64,000 nt of DNA from assembly GCA_937906875.1 (NCBI GenBank), contig CALCHX010000153.1, forward strand, positions 1,229 through 65,228. Direction: 5' to 3'. The position numbers and the translations under genes are program-made. The notes beneath the pieces were generated by a model. It worked only from the letters and a program-made list of their open reading frames with translations, was not told the origin of the DNA and made no database searches. Numbering within the stretch: position 1 is the first letter of the stretch; the number at the start of each line of letters is the position of its first letter. This DNA comes from an uncultured Gemmatimonadota bacterium. Lineage in GTDB: Bacteria > Gemmatimonadota > Gemmatimonadetes > Gemmatimonadales > Gemmatimonadaceae. Shown here in pieces: positions 56,145 through 64,000 of the stretch.

Positions 56145-56503
56145 GTGTTCCACGCTGGCTCCCCGTGGTTGCCTGGGCCGCAGTGGTTTTCACCCTCACA
56201 TCCGTTCCCAACCCACGCGTTCCGCAGGTTCCAGGCGGCGACAAGGTTGCGCACGCCATCATGTACGGAGTGCTGGCAGTGCTCGCCCATCACGCCTGGC
56301 CACCCGAGAAGCGACCCATGGCTGCCCGCCTGCTGGTGTTGTTGGGGATCATGGCGCTGGCTGCGGTGGATGAGTGGCATCAGCTCTTCATACCGGGCCG
56401 CTCGGCCGATGTGGCCGACTGGCTGGCTGACAGTGTAGGTGCCTCGATCGGCCTGGCGGTCTCATCCCTCATCATGGCGCTCCGGCGCCGGGAGTCTCAC
56501 TAG
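56141..56503 (+). CDS. VanZ-family membrane protein
   Basis: 120 aa, 4 TM, with DKVAHAIMYG and DEWHQLFIPGRSADVADWLAD. Confidence 0.7.
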   Translation: MSVPRWLPVVAWAAVVFTLTSVPNPRVPQVPGGDKVAHAIMYGVLAVLAHHAWPPEKRPMAARLLVLLGIMALAAVDEWHQLFIPGRSADVADWLADSVGASIGLAVSSLIMALRRRESH

Positions 56504-58297
56504 TTGACGCAGTCCGCTCACTTCGCCACCACATTGCGTACTGACCTCGCTGGCGCGTTGCGCCTGTCCGACGTCGGACGCAAGGTACGCCTTGGAGGCT
56601 GGGTTCATCGCTCGCGCGACCTGGGAGGCCTCCTCTTTCTCGACCTCCGCGACCGGGGTGGTCTGGTCCAGGTGTCGTTCGATCCACGCCATGTAGACGC
56701 GGAGACGCTGGCGGCTGCCGCCGGGGTTGGCGTGGAGAGTGTGGTCTGGATCGAGGGCGAGGTAGTCGCGCGTCCGCCAGACGGCGTGAACCCGGAGATG
56801 GTGAGCGGAGAGATCGAGGTACGGGGTGCGACCATTTCGGTGGTTGGACCAGCAGCAACGCCAGCACTTCCGGTGGCTCGTGGAAGGGGCGAGAAGCTGC
56901 CGGCGGAGGAACTCCGGCTGCGGCACCGTTACCTGGACCTTCGACATCCCGAACTGCAGGCCAACCTGATTCTCCGACACAGACTCCTGCAGGCGACACG
57001 CAACTTTCTCGCAGACATCGGGTTCCTGGAGGTCGAGACGCCGATCCTCACCAAGCCGACCCCTGAGGGAGCCCGTGACTACCTGGTCCCCAGCCGTGTC
57101 CACGAGGGTGAGTTCTTTGCGCTGCCGCAGTCGCCGCAACTCTACAAGCAGCTACTGATGGTCTCCGGCTTCGACCGCTACTTCCAGATCGCTCGTTGCT
57201 TCCGGGACGAGGACCTGCGGGCGGATCGGCAGCCGGAGTTCTCCCAGATCGACATCGAGGCCTCCTTCGTGGCGCCGGAAGACATCCTCGCGCTTACCGA
57301 AGCCCTGCTGGGAAGGCTCTGGAGCGTTGCCGGCGTCCAGATCCCGGCGACATTTCCGCGAATGACGTACGCCGAGGCAATGGAGAACTACGGTTCGGAT
57401 CGGCCGGACCTGCGCTATGACCTGACCATAAGAGACGTGAGCGCGTCGTTCGCCGCCTCGGACTTTGCCATTACGCGATCGGCACTCGATGCGGGCGGTC
57501 GCGTGCGTGGACTGCGCCTGCCTGGCGCTGCGGTGCTGTCGCGAAAGCAAGTGGATGAACTGGAGGTCCTGGCCAAGGGAGCCGGCGTGGGCGGTCTGCT
57601 CCGCATCAAGCGCGTTGGTGGAAAGCTGGAAGGTCCCATCGCGCGGTTTCTCGACGAGGAGGGTGGCGCCCGGCTGGGTCTGGCTGAGGGAGAGCTGGGC
57701 CTGTACGTCGCGGCTCCGGATCATCTTGCCAATCCTGCCCTGGACCGCGTTCGTCAGGCGGCCGCTGAGCTGTTGGGGCTGGTGGACAGTGACAGGCTCG
57801 CCTTCCTCTGGGTCACCGACTTCCCCATGTTCGAGCGTGATCCGGGCCGGGGTGCGCTGTCCGCCATGCACCACCCGTTCACGGCGCCGAGACCCGAGGA
57901 CGCAGCAACGCTGGAGAGCGAGCCGACGTCGGCCCGTGCGCTCGCCTACGATGTGGTTCTGAACGGCACCGAACTCGGCGGAGGAAGCATCAGAATTCAT
58001 GATCCGCAACTGCAGAATCGCGTATTCGCGCTGCTGGGCATGGACGAGGCGACGGCCAGCAGCCGATTCGGCTTCCTTCTCGAGGCTCTGCGCGCGGGTG
58101 CCCCCCCCCACGGCGGCATCGCCCTCGGTTTCGATCGGATAACCATGCTCCTGGCGGGCGCGAGCTCGTTGCGCGACGTGATCGCCTTCCCCAAGACGAC
58201 TGCCGCGCGCGCTCTCTTCGAGGGTGCTCCGTCAAGGGTGCCGGAGGCCGATCTCATCGATCTGCACCTGGCTCTACGTGAGGTGGCGCATGACTGA
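56504..58297 (+). CDS. aspS: Aspartate--tRNA ligase
   Basis: Class II motif CFRDEDLRADRQPEFSQIDIE and a bacterial insertion domain; 597 aa. The TTG start abuts the vanZ stop. Confidence 0.95.
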   Translation: MTQSAHFATTLRTDLAGALRLSDVGRKVRLGGWVHRSRDLGGLLFLDLRDRGGLVQVSFDPRHVDAETLAAAAGVGVESVVWIEGEVVARPPDGVNPEMVSGEIEVRGATISVVGPAATPALPVARGRGEKLPAEELRLRHRYLDLRHPELQANLILRHRLLQATRNFLADIGFLEVETPILTKPTPEGARDYLVPSRVHEGEFFALPQSPQLYKQLLMVSGFDRYFQIARCFRDEDLRADRQPEFSQIDIEASFVAPEDILALTEALLGRLWSVAGVQIPATFPRMTYAEAMENYGSDRPDLRYDLTIRDVSASFAASDFAITRSALDAGGRVRGLRLPGAAVLSRKQVDELEVLAKGAGVGGLLRIKRVGGKLEGPIARFLDEEGGARLGLAEGELGLYVAAPDHLANPALDRVRQAAAELLGLVDSDRLAFLWVTDFPMFERDPGRGALSAMHHPFTAPRPEDAATLESEPTSARALAYDVVLNGTELGGGSIRIHDPQLQNRVFALLGMDEATASSRFGFLLEALRAGAPPHGGIALGFDRITMLLAGASSLRDVIAFPKTTAARALFEGAPSRVPEADLIDLHLALREVAHD

Positions 58298-59252
58298 TGA
58301 TGACACCAGCTCACGGCTGAACGTGGAGGGTGCCGACCTGCTGACGCTGGCCGGCGTGAATGACGCCAACCTGGTCGAACTCGCCCGGCAGACAGGGGTG
58401 CGTGTTTCGCTGCGCGGTGACGCACTCACCCTGACGGGGAGCGCGGAGAGCATCGTACGCGCGGAGTCCGTGGCCCAGCGCATGATAGACACGTCGCGCC
58501 AACGCCTGCCGCTGGAGCCTGACGATGTCCTTCGCATGGCGCTGGATCCGATTCCGTCAGCCGGCTCGGCCTCGGGCATGGACAGTGCCCCCAGGATAGC
58601 CCTCCCGGGTGTACGGAAGCTCATCCAGCCCAAGACCGTTGGCCAGGCTGCCTACCTGCAGGGCATCCTGGATCACGATATCGTGGTCGGCATCGGACCG
58701 GCCGGAACGGGCAAGACATATCTCGCGGTAGCCGCTGCTGTCGACGCATTGACCCGGAAACGGGTCAGGCGAATCATCCTCGCTCGCCCGGCGGTAGAGG
58801 CGGGAGAGAGCCTCGGCTTCCTTCCTGGTGACATGCAGGCGAAGGTGGACCCATATCTCCGCCCACTCTACGATGCGCTGGAGGACATGATGCCCGATGA
58901 CCGTGTCCAGAAGGCGCTCGAGACACGAACCATAGAGATTGCACCTCTGGCCTACATGCGCGGTCGCACCCTGGCCGACGCCTTTGTCATCCTGGACGAG
59001 GCGCAGAACGCCACCGGCGCCCAGATGAAGATGTTCCTCACGCGCCTGGGTGTTAACTCGAAGGTCGTCGTCACTGGTGACAAGACGCAGATCGATCTCC
59101 CCAATCGCGAGGATAGCGGCCTGATACAGATCGAACGCATCCTTCCGGGCATCGAAGGCATAGCTTTCCACTACCTCAGCGACGCCGACGTCGTGCGACA
59201 TCGCCTGGTGCGTGAAATCATCCGCGCTTACGCTCACGACGCAGGAGATTGA
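58290..59252 (+). CDS. phoH: PhoH-like ATPase (YbeZ)
   Basis: Walker A GPAGTGKT and ILDEAQN. The ATG at 58290 overlaps the aspS end. Confidence 0.9.
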   Translation: MTDDDTSSRLNVEGADLLTLAGVNDANLVELARQTGVRVSLRGDALTLTGSAESIVRAESVAQRMIDTSRQRLPLEPDDVLRMALDPIPSAGSASGMDSAPRIALPGVRKLIQPKTVGQAAYLQGILDHDIVVGIGPAGTGKTYLAVAAAVDALTRKRVRRIILARPAVEAGESLGFLPGDMQAKVDPYLRPLYDALEDMMPDDRVQKALETRTIEIAPLAYMRGRTLADAFVILDEAQNATGAQMKMFLTRLGVNSKVVVTGDKTQIDLPNREDSGLIQIERILPGIEGIAFHYLSDADVVRHRLVREIIRAYAHDAGD

Positions 59253-61471
59253 TGTCTGCACCCGCGCGGTGGTCGTTGCCACAGCTACTGGCCAGACTGG
59301 ACGAGCAGCGCCCGCTCATCGTCCATGGTTCCAGGGTGGTGGTGGCCATTGCTCTCGCAATGGTGACCTACCTTCTCTTCCCGGCGTCACCGGCAGTGAA
59401 CTTCCCGGTGCTCGAAGTGGGGGCGGTCGCACCGGAGAACGTCATCGCACCGTTCGAGTTCCGCGTCCCCAAGAGTGAACTCGAGCTCTCGTTGGAGCGT
59501 GACGAGGCGGCGCGTTCAGTGGTTCCCACATTCGTCTATGTGCCGGCGGCGCTGGACAGTGCCCGTGCGGACCTGAAGCTCTTTTCCGAACGAATCCGGG
59601 CCGTTTCCGGAGCGGCGCCGAGCGATGGCGATCGCGCTGCCGCGGTCCAGCAGAGTGCGGCCGCCCAGGGAATACGCCTCACTGCAGCCGAGGCCGCGTA
59701 CCTGGCAACTCCGAGCCAGCGGCGTGCTGTCGTCGACGCCATCAGTACCGTGCTGGATCGTTGGTTGAGCCAGGGTGTGGCGCCAGCCGGCGCGCTGGAT
59801 AGCGTGCGGGGAAACCTCCTCCTCCGTCGGGATGGAAGCGAGCGCACGGTGTCCGCCGACAGCATACTCAATTTCGCCAGCCTCCTCTCTCGTGCGCGAC
59901 TGGTTCATCCGGCATCGGCAGACGACCCCGTCGCCGACGGACTCTTCCTGAAACTCCTGGGCAGCTTCTTCCATCCCACAGTGGTACCCGATCGGGCAGG
60001 TACCGAGCGGATGCGCCAGGAACTTCGCCGCGCCGTCAGCCCGGACAAGTACATCGTCCGTCAGGGCGAGAAGATCGTCGGTGCGCATGAGGTCATTGGC
60101 CGGGAGGACTATGAGAAGATGCGCGCCCTGCGCGACCAGTTGCGGGCGGCGCCGGACGGACAGCGGCAGCCAGGCAGGGTTGCCGGCGCCATGCTTCTCA
60201 ATCTGCTGCTGATCAGCATACTCGGCGTCACCCTCCGGCTATTCCGCCCACAGCTCTATTCGTCGTCGCGAGTGGTGCTGGTGATAGCCGGAGTGGTACT
60301 CATCGTCCTTCTCGCCGCGGCAGGTGTTGGCAGCGATCCGGTGGCGGTGCGAGCGGAGCTTATTCCGATCGCCTTCGCGGCCGTTCTCTTCAGCGTGCTC
60401 TTCGATTCCCGTTTCAGCCTCATTGCGGCAATGACCGTGGCGCTTCTCATAGGCGCCCAGAACGTGTTCCGGGGAACCAACGCGCTCTACTTCGCCGTCC
60501 TTGGTGGCGTGGCCGCAGCCTTCAGCGTGCGCATCATCAGACGTCGCAATCAGTCCTACTATTCAATCCTGACGATAGCGGGAGCGTACCTGCTGGCCGC
60601 TGTTGCACTCGGTCTCACCCTGGACCGTGACGTGAGCGAGATTGCCCTGTCGGCGGGCTGGGGCGCTTTGAACGCCGTCGTCTCCGTCTCACTCGCCATG
60701 ATCCTGCTTCCGCCGGCCGAGGATCTCACGGGCATCGACACGTATCTCAAGCTGCTCGAATGGTCGGACCTGAACCGACCGCTGATGCAGCGGCTCAGCC
60801 TGGAGGCGCCAGGGACATACGCACACACGGTGGCAATGGCCAACCTCGTGGAGGCCGCAGCGAACGCGATCGGCGCCAACGGACTGCTCGCACGAGTTGG
60901 AACCTACTACCACGATATCGGCAAACTGAGAAAGCCCCAGTACTTCGTGGAGAACCAGTCGAAGGGTCGCAACCCTCACGACAAGTTGAAGCCGCAGCAG
61001 AGCGCATCGATCATCCGCCACCATATCCGTGACGGCCTCGAGCTTGCCGAGGAGCATGGCGTACCGAAGGCCGTCAGGGCCTTCATCACGGAACACCACG
61101 GCACCGGACAGATCACATACTTCATGGAGAAGGCTCGCGAACGCGATGGCGCTGCTCCCAATCCCCTGGAGTACACGTATCCCGGCCCGGTACCCCAGAG
61201 TGCCGAGACGGCCATCTGCATGCTTGCCGACGGAGTGGAGGCATCGATGCGAGTCCTCAGCGACCCGACGGCACAGAAGATCCGCGACCTGGTGGATCAC
61301 ATCGTCCGCCAGCGGATGGAGCAGGGTCAACTTCGGGACGCCCCGCTGACCCTGCGCCAGATCGAGCTCATCAAGCAGGAGTTCGTCCGCGTGCTCACGG
61401 GCATGTATCACAGCCGCATCGACTACCCCTCCTCGAGCGGCGGCGTGACGGCGGAGTTCGCGTCGAAATGA
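59249..61471 (+). CDS. pgpH: 7TM-receptor HD phosphohydrolase (PgpH/YqfF family)
   Basis: Extracellular N-domain, 7 TM segments and a C-terminal HD domain (YYHDIGK, IIRHHIRDG, FITEHHG). Confidence 0.85.
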   Translation: MMSAPARWSLPQLLARLDEQRPLIVHGSRVVVAIALAMVTYLLFPASPAVNFPVLEVGAVAPENVIAPFEFRVPKSELELSLERDEAARSVVPTFVYVPAALDSARADLKLFSERIRAVSGAAPSDGDRAAAVQQSAAAQGIRLTAAEAAYLATPSQRRAVVDAISTVLDRWLSQGVAPAGALDSVRGNLLLRRDGSERTVSADSILNFASLLSRARLVHPASADDPVADGLFLKLLGSFFHPTVVPDRAGTERMRQELRRAVSPDKYIVRQGEKIVGAHEVIGREDYEKMRALRDQLRAAPDGQRQPGRVAGAMLLNLLLISILGVTLRLFRPQLYSSSRVVLVIAGVVLIVLLAAAGVGSDPVAVRAELIPIAFAAVLFSVLFDSRFSLIAAMTVALLIGAQNVFRGTNALYFAVLGGVAAAFSVRIIRRRNQSYYSILTIAGAYLLAAVALGLTLDRDVSEIALSAGWGALNAVVSVSLAMILLPPAEDLTGIDTYLKLLEWSDLNRPLMQRLSLEAPGTYAHTVAMANLVEAAANAIGANGLLARVGTYYHDIGKLRKPQYFVENQSKGRNPHDKLKPQQSASIIRHHIRDGLELAEEHGVPKAVRAFITEHHGTGQITYFMEKARERDGAAPNPLEYTYPGPVPQSAETAICMLADGVEASMRVLSDPTAQKIRDLVDHIVRQRMEQGQLRDAPLTLRQIELIKQEFVRVLTGMYHSRIDYPSSSGGVTAEFASK

Positions 61472-61968
61472 CGGCTCTCCCTGTAGACAGTCCCCCTCCA
61501 CCTGCAAGGGGTCAACGGGAGCCGTTGGCTATCGACGTCTCCACAGAAGGCGTGCGAATCGCCCTCTCGCGTGAACGGGTCGCCACGATAGCGCGCACGG
61601 TGCTGCGCGCCGAGCGAGTCCGGAACGCGCTGCTGTCCATCACGTTCCTCGACGAGCAGGCCATAGCCAGACTCAACTGGGAGCATCTTCGGCACCGTGG
61701 ACCCACCGATGTGATCTCGTTCGGGCTCACGCGCGAGGTGGATGGAGCTCCTGTGGTGGGTGACATCTATATCGCGCCAGCAATCGTCCGGAAGAATGCC
61801 CGCGAGCATGGGGAGGCCGGCCGTGCCGAGCTGACGCGTGTCGTGGTACACGGAGTACTGCACGTGCTCGGTCATGAACACCCTGAGGAAGGCGATCGGG
61901 TGAACTCGCCGATGTGGCGTCGCCAGGAATCCCTGGTCCGCCGCCTTCTCGCGTCCCCCAAGCCGTGA
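61468..61968 (+). CDS. ybeY: rRNA maturation endoribonuclease YbeY
   Basis: Zinc motif HGVLHVLGHEH. It sits in the conserved phoH-ybeY-corC order. Confidence 0.9.
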   Translation: MTALPVDSPPPPARGQREPLAIDVSTEGVRIALSRERVATIARTVLRAERVRNALLSITFLDEQAIARLNWEHLRHRGPTDVISFGLTREVDGAPVVGDIYIAPAIVRKNAREHGEAGRAELTRVVVHGVLHVLGHEHPEEGDRVNSPMWRRQESLVRRLLASPKP

Positions 61969-63203
61969 CGCTCCTGGCAGTAGTAGCAATCGCCTCTGTC
62001 GCGCTGATCGCTGCCCTGGCCGCCGTCGCCGATGGCGCGTTGATGGCCCTGCAGCGCAATTCCGCCCGCCCTGCAGAGTCGACCGCGTCAGCTGCTGAAC
62101 ACGACCGTGCCCGTCGTACGCTCGGCTTCACCCGGTTACTCTCCCAACTGGCTGTCGGTGTCCTGGCCGGATTGCTGGTTCGCGACGAGGGTGTGAGAAC
62201 GGCCGAGATCGCGTTCGTGATTATGGGTGCACTCGCCCTCGTCCTCGTCACCGAGACGGCGGCAAGGGCATGGGGCGACTCGCACGCTGAAGCGGTCAGC
62301 GCTCGCCTGGGACCGCTGGTGAGGCTGCTTGAACTGTTGCTCGCTCCTGTCACCGCCCTCGCTTCGGCGCTCGACCGGGGGACGGCGAGCGCGCTCCCTG
62401 CTCCCGCGATCGACGATGAGAGCAGGGAGGTCGCCGCGGCGCAGTTCCGTCAGGTCGTGGCCACCGAGGCAGACGTCACGCACGATGAGGCCGCACTCCT
62501 GCACGGCGTCTTCTCACTCGGCGACACCGAGGTGCATCAGGTGATGGTGCCCAGGGTGGACATCGTTGGCATAGAGGCAGCCATGCCCTGGTCCCAGGTG
62601 GTAGATCGGGTGCGCAGCTCGGAGCACTCACGCTTCCCGGTTTACGAGGAGGAGCTGGACGATATCCTGGGTGTTCTTTACGCGAAGGACCTGCTTCCGG
62701 CGATCCTGGCCGACGAGGAACCTGAGGCGGGCTGGGCATCGCTCATGCGACAGGCGTCATTCGTCCCGCGTACCAAGACGATCGGCGACCAATTGCGCGA
62801 CTTCCGTGCGGAACGACAGCATATTGCCCTCGTCGCCGACGAATTCGGGGGCATCGCTGGCCTGGTGACGATCGAGGATGTGCTGGAGGAGATAGTCGGC
62901 GAGATTCGCGACGAATACGATGAGGAAGAACCGGAAATCGTCTGCGAGGAAGGGCGCAACTACTGGGTCGCCGGGCGTGTGACCCTGGAGGAACTCAGCG
63001 AGGAACTGGGCCACGATTTCGAGCGGGAGGGAATAACCACCGTCGGTGGACTGGTATACAACCAGCTCGGTCGGGTCCCGCGTCCCGGCGAGAGTTTTTC
63101 CATCGACGGCTTCCGCGTCGTCGTCGAGCGCGTCGTGCGGCGCAAGATCGAGCGCATCTATTTCGAGCGCATGGCGTCGGGAACGGACGGGGAAGACACA
63201 TGA
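61965..63203 (+). CDS. CNNM/CorC-family transporter-associated protein (DUF21 + CBS pair + CorC_HlyC)
   Basis: N-terminal TM domain, a CBS pair (VMVPRVDIVGIE...) and a C-terminal CorC_HlyC domain (TVGGLVYNQLGRVPRPGE). GTGA overlap with ybeY. Confidence 0.85.
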   Translation: MTLLAVVAIASVALIAALAAVADGALMALQRNSARPAESTASAAEHDRARRTLGFTRLLSQLAVGVLAGLLVRDEGVRTAEIAFVIMGALALVLVTETAARAWGDSHAEAVSARLGPLVRLLELLLAPVTALASALDRGTASALPAPAIDDESREVAAAQFRQVVATEADVTHDEAALLHGVFSLGDTEVHQVMVPRVDIVGIEAAMPWSQVVDRVRSSEHSRFPVYEEELDDILGVLYAKDLLPAILADEEPEAGWASLMRQASFVPRTKTIGDQLRDFRAERQHIALVADEFGGIAGLVTIEDVLEEIVGEIRDEYDEEEPEIVCEEGRNYWVAGRVTLEELSEELGHDFEREGITTVGGLVYNQLGRVPRPGESFSIDGFRVVVERVVRRKIERIYFERMASGTDGEDT

Positions 63204-64000
63204 CGACGACTCCCCTTCTCATCCTTTCCGTGCTCGTGATCGGCTGGTTGACCGCGGCCTCCACCGCGGTTCGTTCAGTCAGCAGGATCTGGCTCCGGCA
63301 CTGGGCGGAGCAGGGTGCTCGCGGTAGCGTGGCGATCGAGCGGTATCTGGAAGGTCCGCAGCGATTGGTCCTCTCCGCGGGCACCGCCATCGCCCTCGCT
63401 TCGGTGCTTACCGGTCTGACACTGGGGATGGTCACCACTGGCAGTTTCTGGCGCGACTCCGGCCGCGTGGTTCTGGCGGCGGTGGTCCTGCTGATCTTCG
63501 GACAGATCGTGCCTCGCGCCGTTGGCCGACGGTGGGCGGTGTCGCTGTTGCCATATCTCGTTCCAGCGCTCCAGTTGACCGATTTCGTGCTCGGCCCGCT
63601 CTCCCTTGCCGTCCGGCGGGTCGCGGTGCGTTCCTCCGGCTCCGACGTCGAGGCGGTGCAGGAACCACGTGACGCGCTCGAGGATCTTCTTCGTGAGGGA
63701 GAGCTGGAGGGCGTGAGTGCCGGCGACGAAGCGGCGATCATCAGCGGCGTCGTCCAGTTTGGCGACAAGACTGCCGGGGACGTCATGACGCCGCGCGAGG
63801 AAATCTTCGCCGTTGACGGCACGCTCTCACGCGATGCGCTCTCCCAGGAGGTCGCCCAGTCAGGCTACAGTCGCGTACCCGTCTATGAAGGCAGCCTGGA
63901 CAATCCAGTCGGAATGGTTCACGTATTCGACCTGATCAAGGCCTTTGCCGACGATCGCCCGCTGACATGGCGCCGACTGGCCTTTGCCGCACCTGACACG
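63200..64000 (+). CDS. Second CNNM/CorC-family protein, 3'-truncated by the window edge
   Basis: ATG 63200 overlaps the previous stop (ATGA). The frame reads MTTTPLLILSVLVIGWL..., then the CBS region GDVMTPREEIFAV...SGYSRVPVYEG, and stays open to the window end. It is absent from the ORF track because it has no stop. Confidence 0.8.
   Translation, partial: MTTTPLLILSVLVIGWLTAASTAVRSVSRIWLRHWAEQGARGSVAIERYLEGPQRLVLSAGTAIALASVLTGLTLGMVTTGSFWRDSGRVVLAAVVLLIFGQIVPRAVGRRWAVSLLPYLVPALQLTDFVLGPLSLAVRRVAVRSSGSDVEAVQEPRDALEDLLREGELEGVSAGDEAAIISGVVQFGDKTAGDVMTPREEIFAVDGTLSRDALSQEVAQSGYSRVPVYEGSLDNPVGMVHVFDLIKAFADDRPLTWRRLAFAAPDT

Overview
This 64-kb window is a visibly GC-rich, very densely packed chromosomal core region of a bacterium. 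The PadR/duplicated-orphan-permease pair and the overall gene content suggest a Gemmatimonadota- or Acidobacteriota-like lineage, but I cannot verify that without a database search. I can support about 60 protein genes and one tmRNA.

Most genes sit in long same-strand trains joined by 1-8 nt start/stop overlaps (ATGA, GTGA):
- pnp-M16 peptidase; ald
- mreBCD-mrdA-rodA
- accD-folC
- hisS-proS-lysA-phosphoesterase-guaA
- aldehyde dehydrogenase
- padR-ADOP permease; catalase; a PtsN-like EIIA gene
- dusB-larB; ssrA (tmRNA)
- a ~13-kb minus-strand train: truA, transaldolase-like gene, purB-purC-psd-pssA-purS-purQ, Zn-ribbon gene, purL-purF-ppdK
- GAF gene-trpD; lexA on the opposite strand
- trpC-trpF-trpB-HEAT-HD-GYP-trpA
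- folB-folK-GlmU-like-HD-LytR_C; rlmN
- EIIA-vanZ-aspS-phoH-pgpH-ybeY and two CNNM/CorC genes

I saw no transposase, integrase, CRISPR array, toxin-antitoxin pair or recognisable defence gene. This is not an accessory island.

The observations most worth a second look:
1. A HEAT-repeat/HD-GYP gene pair sits between trpB and trpA, and the two proteins share an N-terminal module.
2. A transaldolase-fold protein has every catalytic signature residue substituted.
3. psd-pssA and a small Zn-ribbon gene are embedded in an otherwise Bacillus-like purBCSQLF gene order.
4. A truncated, motif-degenerate GlmU-like gene is chained to folBK.
5. Several operon-leading genes have a promoter geometry that predicts leaderless mRNAs.

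Limits: all functional calls rest on motifs read from the translations and on gene order. No searches were run. Coordinates of RNA and regulatory features are good to about +/-2 nt.
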